Source: Acidobacteriota bacterium (GTDB taxonomy: Bacteria; Acidobacteriota; UBA890; WLXD01). From it: DNA of 64,000 bases. The stretch is from assembly GCA_965248695.1 (NCBI GenBank), contig CBDFKD010000002.1:2336001-2400000 (forward strand). The letters are read 5' to 3'. The notes under the pieces are model-generated. The model did not search any database and was not told the DNA's origin. It saw only the letters and a program-made list of their open reading frames with translations. Positions 49,348 through 58,552 of this stretch are shown in pieces; the first letter of the stretch is position 1; each line of letters starts with the position of its first letter. The translations under genes were made by a program, and so were the position numbers.

Positions 49348-50667
49348 TCACACCACGGCGATCTCGATCGGCAACTTGGAAAGCAAGCGCGCCCCGTCTT
49401 GCTCGAAGACGACGGTCTTCATCAGTGACTCGCCGAGGACGCTCTCATAGTTGGTGACCATCCCCTCCTGGAACACCCAGTTCTCTGGATTCTCGCCCAA
49501 GCCAATTACGCTGAGCGTCTCGCTGTCGCTGGCACGACCAAACGACCAGACGAATGGGCCGACCCAATCCGGCGGGAAGCTGATGCCCATGTCGTAGCCA
49601 AAGCCCTCCGGGTCCAGGCCGACGTCGTCGTAGTACTCCCTGAGCGCAGTGCAGACGTCGGCAATGGGAGTGCCGGCGCGACCGTGCTCGCCGAGCACCG
49701 CGAACGAACCGGCGTTCTTAGCGTAGGACTCGACGGCCTCTGCCGGCGGATCTCCCAGCCAGTAGGTCCGCGACGTGTTGACGTGGTAGCGGTGCGCCAC
49801 CCCGCAAAGGTCGGCGAACAGCGCATCGCCTTGCTCCAGGCTCCTGCGGGACGGACACGCATGCCAGCCTCTGGGGTTGGTGACCTCGCAGATCAACGCC
49901 GGAGTCCCGCCGCCGGCAGCAAACATTGCCCGCAATGCCTCACCGTACATCTCCAGCTCGGTAACCCCGGGGTGCAGGGCTTCGCGGATGGCCTCATGGC
50001 CAATGTCGGCAATCCGCCCCGCGTCTTCCATGACGGCGATCTCCTCGGACGACTTGACCAGGCGAACCTCGCGCATCACGTCGCTACTGTCGACGACGCT
50101 GCAACCGGCGTTGGTGAAGGCTGCCTCGAGTTGCGCCGCCAACACCGGAGGAGGCCTGTAACTCCAGCGGTCGATCCCGACGGTGCCCCCAAGCCATCCT
50201 TCTGCCCGCAGCTCATCGATGACGAACTCCATGCCGCCTCGCATGACACGGAAGTCCTTCACCACGCTGATGGCGTCCAGCGTGGCTCGATGGGGACCGA
50301 CGTCGAAGTGAATCAGCTTGTCGTGGTCTACATGTACGGCAGTCCCGGAGAGCGGCCGCCAGCCCTTCGGCGAGTTGGCCCGGTACCAGCCGAGGATCAT
50401 GCCGTGCAGGTAGCACATCCCCTCCGGCAACATCACCCACAGGAGATCGATGTTGTCCTGCGCCATGCGCTCGCGCACGCGTCGTAGGCGGTCTTGGTAC
50501 TCGGCTTCCGAGAACGCCGGGCGCAGCTCGGCGACGCCCACCGGGTTGCGAGCTTGCCGCGCTGCGGCGATCTCGCTGGCGGTCGCCGAATCGCCACATC
50601 CGGCCGCCATCGCCGCTGCCGCAGACGAGCCCAGGAAAGCCCGGCGGTTGATTGCACGCTTTGTCAT
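49348..50667 (-). CDS. M24 family creatinase/ectoine-hydrolase (DoeA)-like enzyme with Tat-lipoprotein signal
   Basis: NRRAFLG...AAGC leader; FSEAEYQDRL, VRLVKSSEEI, RYHVNTSRT and GYDMGISFPPDW motifs. Confidence 0.8.
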   Translation of the reverse strand: MTKRAINRRAFLGSSAAAAMAAGCGDSATASEIAAARQARNPVGVAELRPAFSEAEYQDRLRRVRERMAQDNIDLLWVMLPEGMCYLHGMILGWYRANSPKGWRPLSGTAVHVDHDKLIHFDVGPHRATLDAISVVKDFRVMRGGMEFVIDELRAEGWLGGTVGIDRWSYRPPPVLAAQLEAAFTNAGCSVVDSSDVMREVRLVKSSEEIAVMEDAGRIADIGHEAIREALHPGVTELEMYGEALRAMFAAGGGTPALICEVTNPRGWHACPSRRSLEQGDALFADLCGVAHRYHVNTSRTYWLGDPPAEAVESYAKNAGSFAVLGEHGRAGTPIADVCTALREYYDDVGLDPEGFGYDMGISFPPDWVGPFVWSFGRASDSETLSVIGLGENPENWVFQEGMVTNYESVLGESLMKTVVFEQDGARLLSKLPIEIAVV

Positions 50668-50873
50668 CGTGAGGCCTCCGCAGAGAATGGGGCCGCTCCG
50701 TGCGGCACTCCTTTCGCCGGGCTTCTGCTAGAGCGATGTGTCCCCTTGGTGGTTGGGAACAGAACGTTGCCACGGTTCCAGGGTCGCACATACGCCAGCA
50801 CCGACGGGTATGGATCGATCGGCATCGGTATCGCGCGGCTGCTTGGTCGGCCCGGAGATCGAGCGGTGGGAGC

Positions 50874-53579
50874 CTAGTCGCCGTCCCTGAGCGCCGCGGT
50901 CGGTTCGATCCGCAGAGCACGCACCGTCGGCGCGGCGCACGCGGCTAGGCTAATCAGTACCATCACGCCGATGCCGAGGGCCACGGTAGCGGCGATGGCC
51001 ACGCCGGTCCCGCCAGGCTCCTGCTCCGAGACCTCGAAGAAGATGCGGCCGGCGAGCGGCATCCCGAGCAGCACACCAAGTCCAATCTGGGCAAGGGAAC
51101 GCCGTGCAACCGTGAACGCGATGCTTCCTCGCCGCGCACCCAACGCGGTCCGTATTCCGATCTCCCGTGTCCGCTGCGCCACGGCGAAGGACATGATCGC
51201 ATAGAGCCCTGAGGCCGCCATCGCAAGCAGAAGCGCGACGAACACGCCGCCACCAAGAATCATGAAGGACATTAAGTACCAGTCGCCCTCGTACAACTTG
51301 CTGAGGGCGGCCGGAGAGCGGATGACTGCCACCGGATCGACCTCGCGGGTAAGCTCGCGAGGTCGCGACACAAACGCTTCCGGGTCGGCGCCGACGTGGA
51401 TCGCCATCCGCACCGGATAGATCTCGCCTGGCGCGGCCGGCAAATAGAAGCCCTCGTCGAGGTCCGGCCGCAGCATGTGCATGCCGAGGTGACCGACGAC
51501 GCCTACGATCTCGTACCAGGGGCTCGGCTCGACCGAACCCCACGCCGTGTAGCGGAAACGCCGCCCGATCGGATTACGGCCGTCCAGGACACGCTGCACG
51601 AAGTTCGTGTTGACGATCGCCGTCGATGCCGCTTCGTCGAGATCGGTCAGGTCGAAGCCCCGACCCGCCAGGATCGGCTGGGCCAGTCCGTCGAAGAAAC
51701 CCACATCGACGCGCGCCATTCGCGCCTTAGCAACGTCGGATTCTGCCGGCGGGTCCTCTCCTTCGATCTCGATCCGGGGGTTGCGATGGTCCATGCGCGG
51801 CAACGAGCTCCCCACAGCGATACCGCGAACACCCGACTCGGTGGTCAGCCGCCGCACCAGCTCCTGCTGCGTCTCGCCGACTCGCGCCACGAAGGCCTGG
51901 CGTTCTGACTCGCCTGCCTCGGTGGTCGGGAGGTTGCCGGGTAGCCTCACCTCCACGGACAGGAACTCCTCGGCCGCGATTCCGGCCCCCACGCGGCCGT
52001 CCCGCGCGTCGCGGACGACATCCCATATGCCCACGGCGAGTCCGACCACGATCACCGCGATGGCGACGTCGGCGACGATGAGCACGCTCGACAGACCACC
52101 GAAGCGACCACCGAACGATCCGGTCCGCGCCTGCCGGACGCTCCACCGGACCGATGCCCCGGTCACCCTCAGCGCCGGAACCACGCCGGCCACGGCGGCG
52201 CTGAAGACGGCAAGGGACAGCGCGCGGAGGACCGCACCGGGCGTCACGCCCGCATCGATCCAGTAGGGCAGCAGGTGCGCGATGTTCGCCGCCGCCAGCA
52301 GCCGACCGGGGAGCCAGCTGATCAGGACTAGCCCCAGACCTGCGGCCACGAGGGCAAGCACCAGCGACTCCGTGAACACCTGGCCCACGATGCGCGCACG
52401 GCGCGCCCCCAGCGCCGTGCGGATCGCCAGCTCCGCCGAGCGAGCGGTCGTGCTGGCGAAAATGAGCATACCGATATTGGCGCAGGCGACCCCGAGCAAC
52501 ATGAGCGCGACCAGTTGGGCGATGTAGAACTCCGGCAGCGCCCGGAATCCTCCCTTCGGAAGGCCGAGGGCGAGATACGAAGCGTGAACCACCTCGGGGC
52601 GGAGGGACTCATGGGCCTCGGGGAACTCGAGCCTCGTGCGCTGCCCCACCGCGGTGAGCTGAGCCTGCGCCTCGGCATCCGCGACTCCGTCCGACAGACG
52701 CCCGAAGATCTTCAACGGCAACCCCTCGCGGGGTACGCCGGCTGGCCGGGCACGAAGCGGTAGCCAAAGCTGATGGCGGATCGGGAACAGGAAGCCCTCC
52801 GGCATGACGCCGACCACCGTATGCGGCATGCCGTTGACCGAGACGGTCCGACCGACGATGCCGCGATCGCCGCCGAAGCGCGCCTGCCAGATCTCGTAAC
52901 CAACTACGATCACATCAGGCCCATCGATCGCTTCATCGTTCGCGTCCAGCATGCGCCCGAGGAAGGGGGCGACGCGAAGAATGTCGAACGTCGATGCCGT
53001 GACCTCGGCGCCGGCGACCGGCTCGCTGATCCCGCCCTCCGAGTCGACGTTGTAACTGGCCGGCCGGGCGGCCCCGAGCGCTTGGAATGCGGTGAGCTCC
53101 TGGCGCCAGCGCTCCAGTTCGTAGGCGGTCGTGGCAGCCGGGCGCGACGTGGCCACGTTCCAGTACCGCAGCACCCGGATTCGCTCCCCCCCGTCGACCG
53201 GGAGTGGTGCCTCGAAGGCGTTGGCGGTCTGCCAGGGGGCCATGCCGACGGGAATGCCCACACCGAGAGCGAATACCGCGACGCCGGTGAGACCGGGGCG
53301 CTTGACCAGGTTCCGCAGCCCCAGCTTGACGTCGATCCCCGACACGGGGAGCCGGGGCATACGGCGAACACGCAGCACGCTGAGGGCGGATGCGATCATG
53401 TTCACGGCGTAGCGCCAACGGGCTAGCCACCACGGTAAGCCGCGGGCGAGGTCACGCTCCATCGCGTCGTCCAGGTCTGCGCGGATGAACTCCGCCCCAG
53501 TACCTCGGATGAGGAGCGCTGCAAGTCGACGGAGCAGGCGTGGTCCCCGTGCATCGTCGAACTCGCCGAGATAGCCCAT
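50874..53579 (-). CDS. ADOP-type duplicated ABC permease
   Basis: Two MacB_PCD/FtsX modules; ELAIRTALGA, QRTREIGIRTALGA and ALRIEPTAALR motifs. Confidence 0.9.
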   Translation of the reverse strand: MGYLGEFDDARGPRLLRRLAALLIRGTGAEFIRADLDDAMERDLARGLPWWLARWRYAVNMIASALSVLRVRRMPRLPVSGIDVKLGLRNLVKRPGLTGVAVFALGVGIPVGMAPWQTANAFEAPLPVDGGERIRVLRYWNVATSRPAATTAYELERWRQELTAFQALGAARPASYNVDSEGGISEPVAGAEVTASTFDILRVAPFLGRMLDANDEAIDGPDVIVVGYEIWQARFGGDRGIVGRTVSVNGMPHTVVGVMPEGFLFPIRHQLWLPLRARPAGVPREGLPLKIFGRLSDGVADAEAQAQLTAVGQRTRLEFPEAHESLRPEVVHASYLALGLPKGGFRALPEFYIAQLVALMLLGVACANIGMLIFASTTARSAELAIRTALGARRARIVGQVFTESLVLALVAAGLGLVLISWLPGRLLAAANIAHLLPYWIDAGVTPGAVLRALSLAVFSAAVAGVVPALRVTGASVRWSVRQARTGSFGGRFGGLSSVLIVADVAIAVIVVGLAVGIWDVVRDARDGRVGAGIAAEEFLSVEVRLPGNLPTTEAGESERQAFVARVGETQQELVRRLTTESGVRGIAVGSSLPRMDHRNPRIEIEGEDPPAESDVAKARMARVDVGFFDGLAQPILAGRGFDLTDLDEAASTAIVNTNFVQRVLDGRNPIGRRFRYTAWGSVEPSPWYEIVGVVGHLGMHMLRPDLDEGFYLPAAPGEIYPVRMAIHVGADPEAFVSRPRELTREVDPVAVIRSPAALSKLYEGDWYLMSFMILGGGVFVALLLAMAASGLYAIMSFAVAQRTREIGIRTALGARRGSIAFTVARRSLAQIGLGVLLGMPLAGRIFFEVSEQEPGGTGVAIAATVALGIGVMVLISLAACAAPTVRALRIEPTAALRDGD

Positions 53580-53653
53580 CGGTCGGAACGTGTCGGCGTA
53601 CGCGGCCGGAATGGCTTGCGTGCTAGGAAAACGGGGCTCGCTGGCGCGATTAT

Positions 53654-53666
53654 ACTACGTCGTAGT
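53654..53666. promoter_or_regulatory. Perfect palindrome ACTACG-T-CGTAGT (candidate PadR-type operator)
   Basis: In an AT-rich patch about 75 nt upstream of the permease start; same ACTRCR-N-YGYAGT format as the sites at 28183 and 28209. Confidence 0.55.
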
Positions 53667-53843
53667 TAAATATCTGCAATTGGCTGTGCGCAACGCCAAG
53701 CAGCCTCCCTGCGGCGGATCGGTCGCGCCCCGCGGAGTGCTTTCGTGCCCGGGAGAATCGCCCCGCCCTCCTGTTACGCTGGGGCGCGGTCTGGGCACAA
53801 TCTACTTGCCGGTCTTGCCCCTGAATTCGTGGAGGATTGATCG

Positions 53844-55328
53844 ATGAGCACTAGCCGGGCGATGGTCGCCGTGCTGGTCGCGCTGGGCTGCGTGGTTGCC
53901 GCAGCCCCTCAGGAACCTCCCGCACCGACCGAGGCGACGCCTCTCCAGGCCGTTGATGCGAACAAGCCGACGCACAACTGGCCGCGCTTCCTCGGGCCCG
54001 ATGCCCTACCTGTCGCCGACAACCCACGGCTGCCGGACCGTTGGTCGACGACCGAAAATGTCGAGTGGGCGATCGAGGTGCCCGGCGTAGGATGGTCTTC
54101 CCCGATCGTCTGGGACGGCAAGGTCTTCTTGACCTCGGCCGTCACCGACGGGCCGGCGAAGCAGCCCTCATTGGGGACCGACTTCAGCAATGAGTACCTC
54201 GCAGCGTTGCGTGCCGAGGGTTTGTCGAGCGAGGAGGTCAACGACCGGCTGTATGCGCGCGATCGCGAGATGCCACACGAGGTCGTCATCGACCTGATGC
54301 TCTACTGCTTCGATCTCCAGAGCGGCGCGCGCCTCTGGGAGAGGCAGGTCTACCAAGGGAACCCGCCGGGCGGTCGCCACCGAAAGAACAGCTTCGCGTC
54401 CGAGACGCCAGCTACGGACGGCGAGCGCGTTTACGTCTACCTGGGACACCTCGGGCTCTTCGCCTTCGATCTGGACGGGAACGCGGTGTGGGCGACGCCG
54501 TTGAAGCTGTACCAAAAGGCCCGGGATTTCGGCACCGGCGCGTCTCCCGCGATTCACGGTGACCGTGTGTTCGTCCTCAACGATAACGAAGAACAAGGGT
54601 TCATCGCCGCGTTCGACAAGCGAACCGGCAAAGAGCTGTGGCGCACGCTGAGAGATCTGGGCAGAGGGCGCAGGACCGGCTGGTCGACGCCCTTCGTCTG
54701 GGAGCACGAGCTGCGCACCGAGATCGTGACCACCGGACCCCGCGCTGTCATCAGCTATGGCCTGGCGGGCGAGGAGCTGTGGCGGATGCACGGTACCGCA
54801 ACCACGACCATCCAGAGCCCGTTCGTCTGGGGCGGTCGCCTCTTCGTGACCTCCGGATCGGCCGGACAGCAGGGTCGGTCCATCGCCGCCATCCGTCCTG
54901 GCGCCTCGGGGGACATCACGCCGAAATCCCCGGTGGACATCGACGAGCATGTCGCCTGGTACAATCCGCTCGCGGGGGGCACGTACCTGCCGACGCCGAT
55001 CATCTATGACGGCGCGCTGTACGAGCTCACCTCGAGAGGCATCTTCACCCGCTACGACGTCGAGACCGGTAAGCGCGTGTACCGCGCCCGCGTCGCGCCG
55101 GGCGCCTCGGCGTTCACGACCACGCCGTGGGCGTACAACGGCAAGATCTTCGCCATGGGCGAGGAGGGCGACACCTTCGTGATCGAGGCGGGCGCTGAAT
55201 ACCGGCTAGCCCACGTCAACGACCTGAACGAGTGGACGCTCGCCTCGCCAGCAATCGTCGGAGATCGTTTGCTCCTGCGGACGCAGAGGCGCCTGTACTC
55301 GATCCGTAATCAAGACGACTCGCAATGA
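53844..55328 (+). CDS. PQQ-binding-like (BamB-type) beta-propeller protein
   Basis: NWPRFLGP, WSSPIVW, KNSFASETPATDG and WSTPFVW motifs; paralog of the 41701 gene. Confidence 0.88.
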   Translation: MSTSRAMVAVLVALGCVVAAAPQEPPAPTEATPLQAVDANKPTHNWPRFLGPDALPVADNPRLPDRWSTTENVEWAIEVPGVGWSSPIVWDGKVFLTSAVTDGPAKQPSLGTDFSNEYLAALRAEGLSSEEVNDRLYARDREMPHEVVIDLMLYCFDLQSGARLWERQVYQGNPPGGRHRKNSFASETPATDGERVYVYLGHLGLFAFDLDGNAVWATPLKLYQKARDFGTGASPAIHGDRVFVLNDNEEQGFIAAFDKRTGKELWRTLRDLGRGRRTGWSTPFVWEHELRTEIVTTGPRAVISYGLAGEELWRMHGTATTTIQSPFVWGGRLFVTSGSAGQQGRSIAAIRPGASGDITPKSPVDIDEHVAWYNPLAGGTYLPTPIIYDGALYELTSRGIFTRYDVETGKRVYRARVAPGASAFTTTPWAYNGKIFAMGEEGDTFVIEAGAEYRLAHVNDLNEWTLASPAIVGDRLLLRTQRRLYSIRNQDDSQ

Positions 55329-55431
55329 GCCGGCGGCGAGCCGCTCGGCAGCTTCGAAATCGAGCCCCGAGCCCTCGGTCGACGGTATATTGAGCCGACA
55401 CTCGGTTCGTATGACACCCCGGCCGTTCAGA

Positions 55432-56250
55432 ATGGAAATCCTTCGGCACGACATCCGCCACGCCTTTCGTAGCCTGGTGCGCCAAAAGGCGGTAACCGCT
55501 GCCGCCCTGGCCACGCTCGCGCTCGGTATCGGCGCCAACACGGCAATTTTCTCCGTCGTCTACGGCGTGCTCCTGCGCCCACTTCCGTACCCCGAGCCAG
55601 ACGGCCTGGTGAGGGTCTGGGAGGAACATCCGGGCGCCAATGCGCCGGTCAGCGGGATGCTCAGCGATCTCACGACGCGGGCCTGGATGCCTGGGGCCAC
55701 GACGCTCGAGGGGATCGCGGCGTGGAGTGACACCATGTTCACCGTCGGGCGCGAGGAACCGGAGCGGCTACGCGGGGCGTCGGTCTCGCCCGGGTTGTTC
55801 TCCCTTCTGCGAGCGGCTCCCGTTGCCGGCAGGTTCTTCCGTCCCGAGGAGGCGGTCGAGGGCGCAAGCGATGTGGTCGTGCTCGGCTATGGCTTCTGGC
55901 AGGATCGATTCGCCGGCGCCGACGCCGCCATCGGGCAAACGCTGATCGTCAGCGAACGCCCGCACACCATCATCGGTGTGGCGCCGCCGGGCTTCGCGTT
56001 CCCGGCCACGGAGTCATTGCTCTGGACTCCCTACGTGCTGCCAGACCCCCTGGCTCGCGAGGAAAACCCCGGCTTACGGGTGTTCGGCGCCGTGGCCCGC
56101 CTGGCAGCCGATGCGACCCCGGAGCAGGCAGCGGCCGAAGGAACGGCAGCGGCGCGCGCGAAAGAGCGGCCCTTCATAGCAACGCTGATGTTCGGGGAAG
56201 GCGGCGAAGTGGAAGTTCGCGTCGCCGGGCTAGCCGAGGAGAGGGTCTGA
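55432..56250 (+). pseudogene. Truncated ADOP permease (N-terminal MacB_PCD part only)
   Basis: DIRHAFRSL...LALGIGANTAIFSVVYGVLLRPLPY start. It stops after about 270 aa, before the first FtsX helix, with the convergent TonB gene 50 nt later. Confidence 0.8.
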
Positions 56251-56300
56251 AGCGCGACCGAGCCCGACGGCAAGACCGCATGTGCGCGGGTTCGCTCGCG

Positions 56301-58487
56301 TCAGAAGCGCACCCGAACCCCGCCGTTGATCACGCGACCTTCGAGTGGCGCCCAGGCATCGACGGTCCACCGGCCGTCGTGCCCGCGCGCCGGGAGCAGC
56401 ACCGGTCCGTCGCTGGACTGGCGTACGTTGGTGAGGTTCTCGCCGTTGATGAAGACGCTCCATGACCCGAGCCGCTTCTCGGCAAGGATGCCGAGGATCA
56501 CGTAGGGCTCGCTGCGCGCGCGGTACGGGTCGGCCTCGAGGCTCTGCCGGCCGGTGTAGTAGACCTCGACACCGACGCGTCCCGGCTCGCCCTCCGCCAT
56601 AGCGACGAGCCCGGCGCTGTGACGCGGCGTCAACGGCACGTCGCGGACGACACCGCGCTCGATATCGCTGGCGTCCACGTAGGCGTAGCTGCCAGTGAGC
56701 GCGAACGGTGCTCGGCGCATCGTGACCAGCAGCTCGACGCCGCGGTTCTCGGAGGTGCCGTCGAGATTGCGCAGGGCATAGCGCTGCTCGCGATCGACCA
56801 CCACGGGGCTGTCGATCCACGACCTGAAGAACGTCACGGTCGTGGCAAGGTCCCCGATGTCGTAGCCGACGTCGATGGCGACGCTGCGACCACGCTCTGC
56901 CACCAGCGGCCGCGGCAGCTGCAGTCGCGTGAGGCCGGCGGCCTCGGTCTCCTCCGTGAGGGGCGTGGGCCCGAAGAACCCGGTACCGAACGAGGCGCGG
57001 CTGTGGAACCCGCCGCGGCGTACCAGCGTCGACACGCGCGGGCTCACGAACGTCCCGTACTCGCTGTGCCAGTCCACCCGGGCCCCCGCCGACACCGACA
57101 GCCAGTCGGCGACGTCGATGTCGTCCTGCACGAACAGGCCGGGCTTGGTGAATGTGTAGTCGAAACGCGGCACGTCCTCCGATCGGTAGGTGTCGGCCTC
57201 GAGCGCCGCGCCGAGAACCCAGGTGTGGCGTCCGCTCGCGCCGCGTACGGCGACCTCGCCGAAGATAGTCGAGTGACGGTCGACCTCGCGAACCTCGCCG
57301 AAGCGATGCGTGTGCCACTGACCCACGGCGGCGCCCCGCGCGGTCAACACCAGGCTCTCGTCGATGACGACCTGGCCGACCACGCCGCCGTCGACGCGGG
57401 TGGTCTCGAGCGATTCCACGTAAGGCTGTCCAGTCGCCGGTAGCCGTGCCCCGCCGACGGTGCCGCCGGTCCGTCGCTCGCGGGTCAGCCCGGCAGTGGC
57501 GAACAGCGAGGCGCCCCCGTCGCCATTCCAGTAGAAGCGCGGGCGCACGACGGCACGTTCGTACGCCGGCAGGTCGGCCCAGCCGTCGCCCTCGACATCC
57601 TGCGCCACCTGCCGGTGGAGACCGCCGAGCAGCGACGCGCCGGTGCGCTCGCCGATGGGACCCGCGAGCCAGAGCACCGCGTCGGTGCCCCCCCGGGCAG
57701 ACTGATTGACCAGCAGCTCGCGTGTAGCGGTAGCGCCCGGCTGCCGCGACACGAGGTTGACCACTCCGCCCATCGCGCCGGCGCCATACAGCGCCGAGGC
57801 CACCCCCTTGATGACCTCGACCTGGCCGAGATCCATCGGCGGGATCTGTAGCAGGCCGATGCCGCCCGGCTGCTCGCCGAACAGCGGCAGACCGTCGGAG
57901 AAGAAACGCGTATAGCGCCCGCGCATACCCTGGATCCTCAGGCTTGCGGATCCCATCGCGGGTGAGGTCGACTGCACCCGCAGGCCGCCCATCTCGTTGA
58001 GCATCATGACGATGTCGCCGGGCGTCATCATCATCTTCTCCTCGATCTCCTCGCGATCGAGCACCTCCACGCGCATCGGCTGGTCCTCGATACGGCGACC
58101 CGTGCGCGTGCTCGCCACCACGATGACCTCCTCGTCCACGCCTACCGGACCCAGCAGCATCGGGATCACGGCGCGCTCGCCACTGCGCACCGTCGTCATC
58201 ATCTCGACGTCGGCGAAGCCCGCCAGACTGGCGTGGATTCCGATCGCCCCCGCGGCCACCCTGATTTCCACCGCGCCGTCCTCACCCACGACGTGGTCGA
58301 CGCCATTGACACTCACGACTGCTCCGAGCGCCGGGCCACCCGCGGCTTCGACCTCGATGCGCAGGGTCGCGTCGAGATCCTGGGCCGAGGCAGAGACTGT
58401 GGGAAGCGCCCAGGAGACCAACACCAAGAGGGCGAGTCCCTTCAACTTGGACGCAGCTCCATGGCGACCAACGAACACTGGAGTCAC
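56301..58487 (-). CDS. TonB-dependent outer-membrane receptor
   Basis: Plug motifs (VVASTRT, RIQG, VEVIKGVASALYGAGAMGGVVNLVS); C-terminal GVRVRF. Start may be TTG 58445. Confidence 0.92.
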   Translation of the reverse strand: MTPVFVGRHGAASKLKGLALLVLVSWALPTVSASAQDLDATLRIEVEAAGGPALGAVVSVNGVDHVVGEDGAVEIRVAAGAIGIHASLAGFADVEMMTTVRSGERAVIPMLLGPVGVDEEVIVVASTRTGRRIEDQPMRVEVLDREEIEEKMMMTPGDIVMMLNEMGGLRVQSTSPAMGSASLRIQGMRGRYTRFFSDGLPLFGEQPGGIGLLQIPPMDLGQVEVIKGVASALYGAGAMGGVVNLVSRQPGATATRELLVNQSARGGTDAVLWLAGPIGERTGASLLGGLHRQVAQDVEGDGWADLPAYERAVVRPRFYWNGDGGASLFATAGLTRERRTGGTVGGARLPATGQPYVESLETTRVDGGVVGQVVIDESLVLTARGAAVGQWHTHRFGEVREVDRHSTIFGEVAVRGASGRHTWVLGAALEADTYRSEDVPRFDYTFTKPGLFVQDDIDVADWLSVSAGARVDWHSEYGTFVSPRVSTLVRRGGFHSRASFGTGFFGPTPLTEETEAAGLTRLQLPRPLVAERGRSVAIDVGYDIGDLATTVTFFRSWIDSPVVVDREQRYALRNLDGTSENRGVELLVTMRRAPFALTGSYAYVDASDIERGVVRDVPLTPRHSAGLVAMAEGEPGRVGVEVYYTGRQSLEADPYRARSEPYVILGILAEKRLGSWSVFINGENLTNVRQSSDGPVLLPARGHDGRWTVDAWAPLEGRVINGGVRVRF

Positions 58488-58503
58488 GCGGCAACTCTCC
58501 CCA

Positions 58504-58541
58504 ACGCCCGTAGCTCAGCTGGATAGGGCAGCGGACTTCTA
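58504..58541 (+). pseudogene. 5' half of a tRNA-Arg(UCU)-like gene, broken just after the anticodon
   Basis: aCGCCCG-TA-GCTC-AGCTGGATA-GGGC-A-GCGGA-CT-TCT-A matches the acceptor 5' strand, D arm and anticodon 5' arm. No 3' anticodon arm, T arm or acceptor 3' strand follows. Confidence 0.65.
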
Positions 58542-58552
58542 GCCCTGGTCAG

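Noticed and set aside
50845-50873. AGATCGAGCGG resembling the promoter motif
   Set aside because: The -35 block is mismatched and there is no TAnnnT at 15-18 nt spacing.
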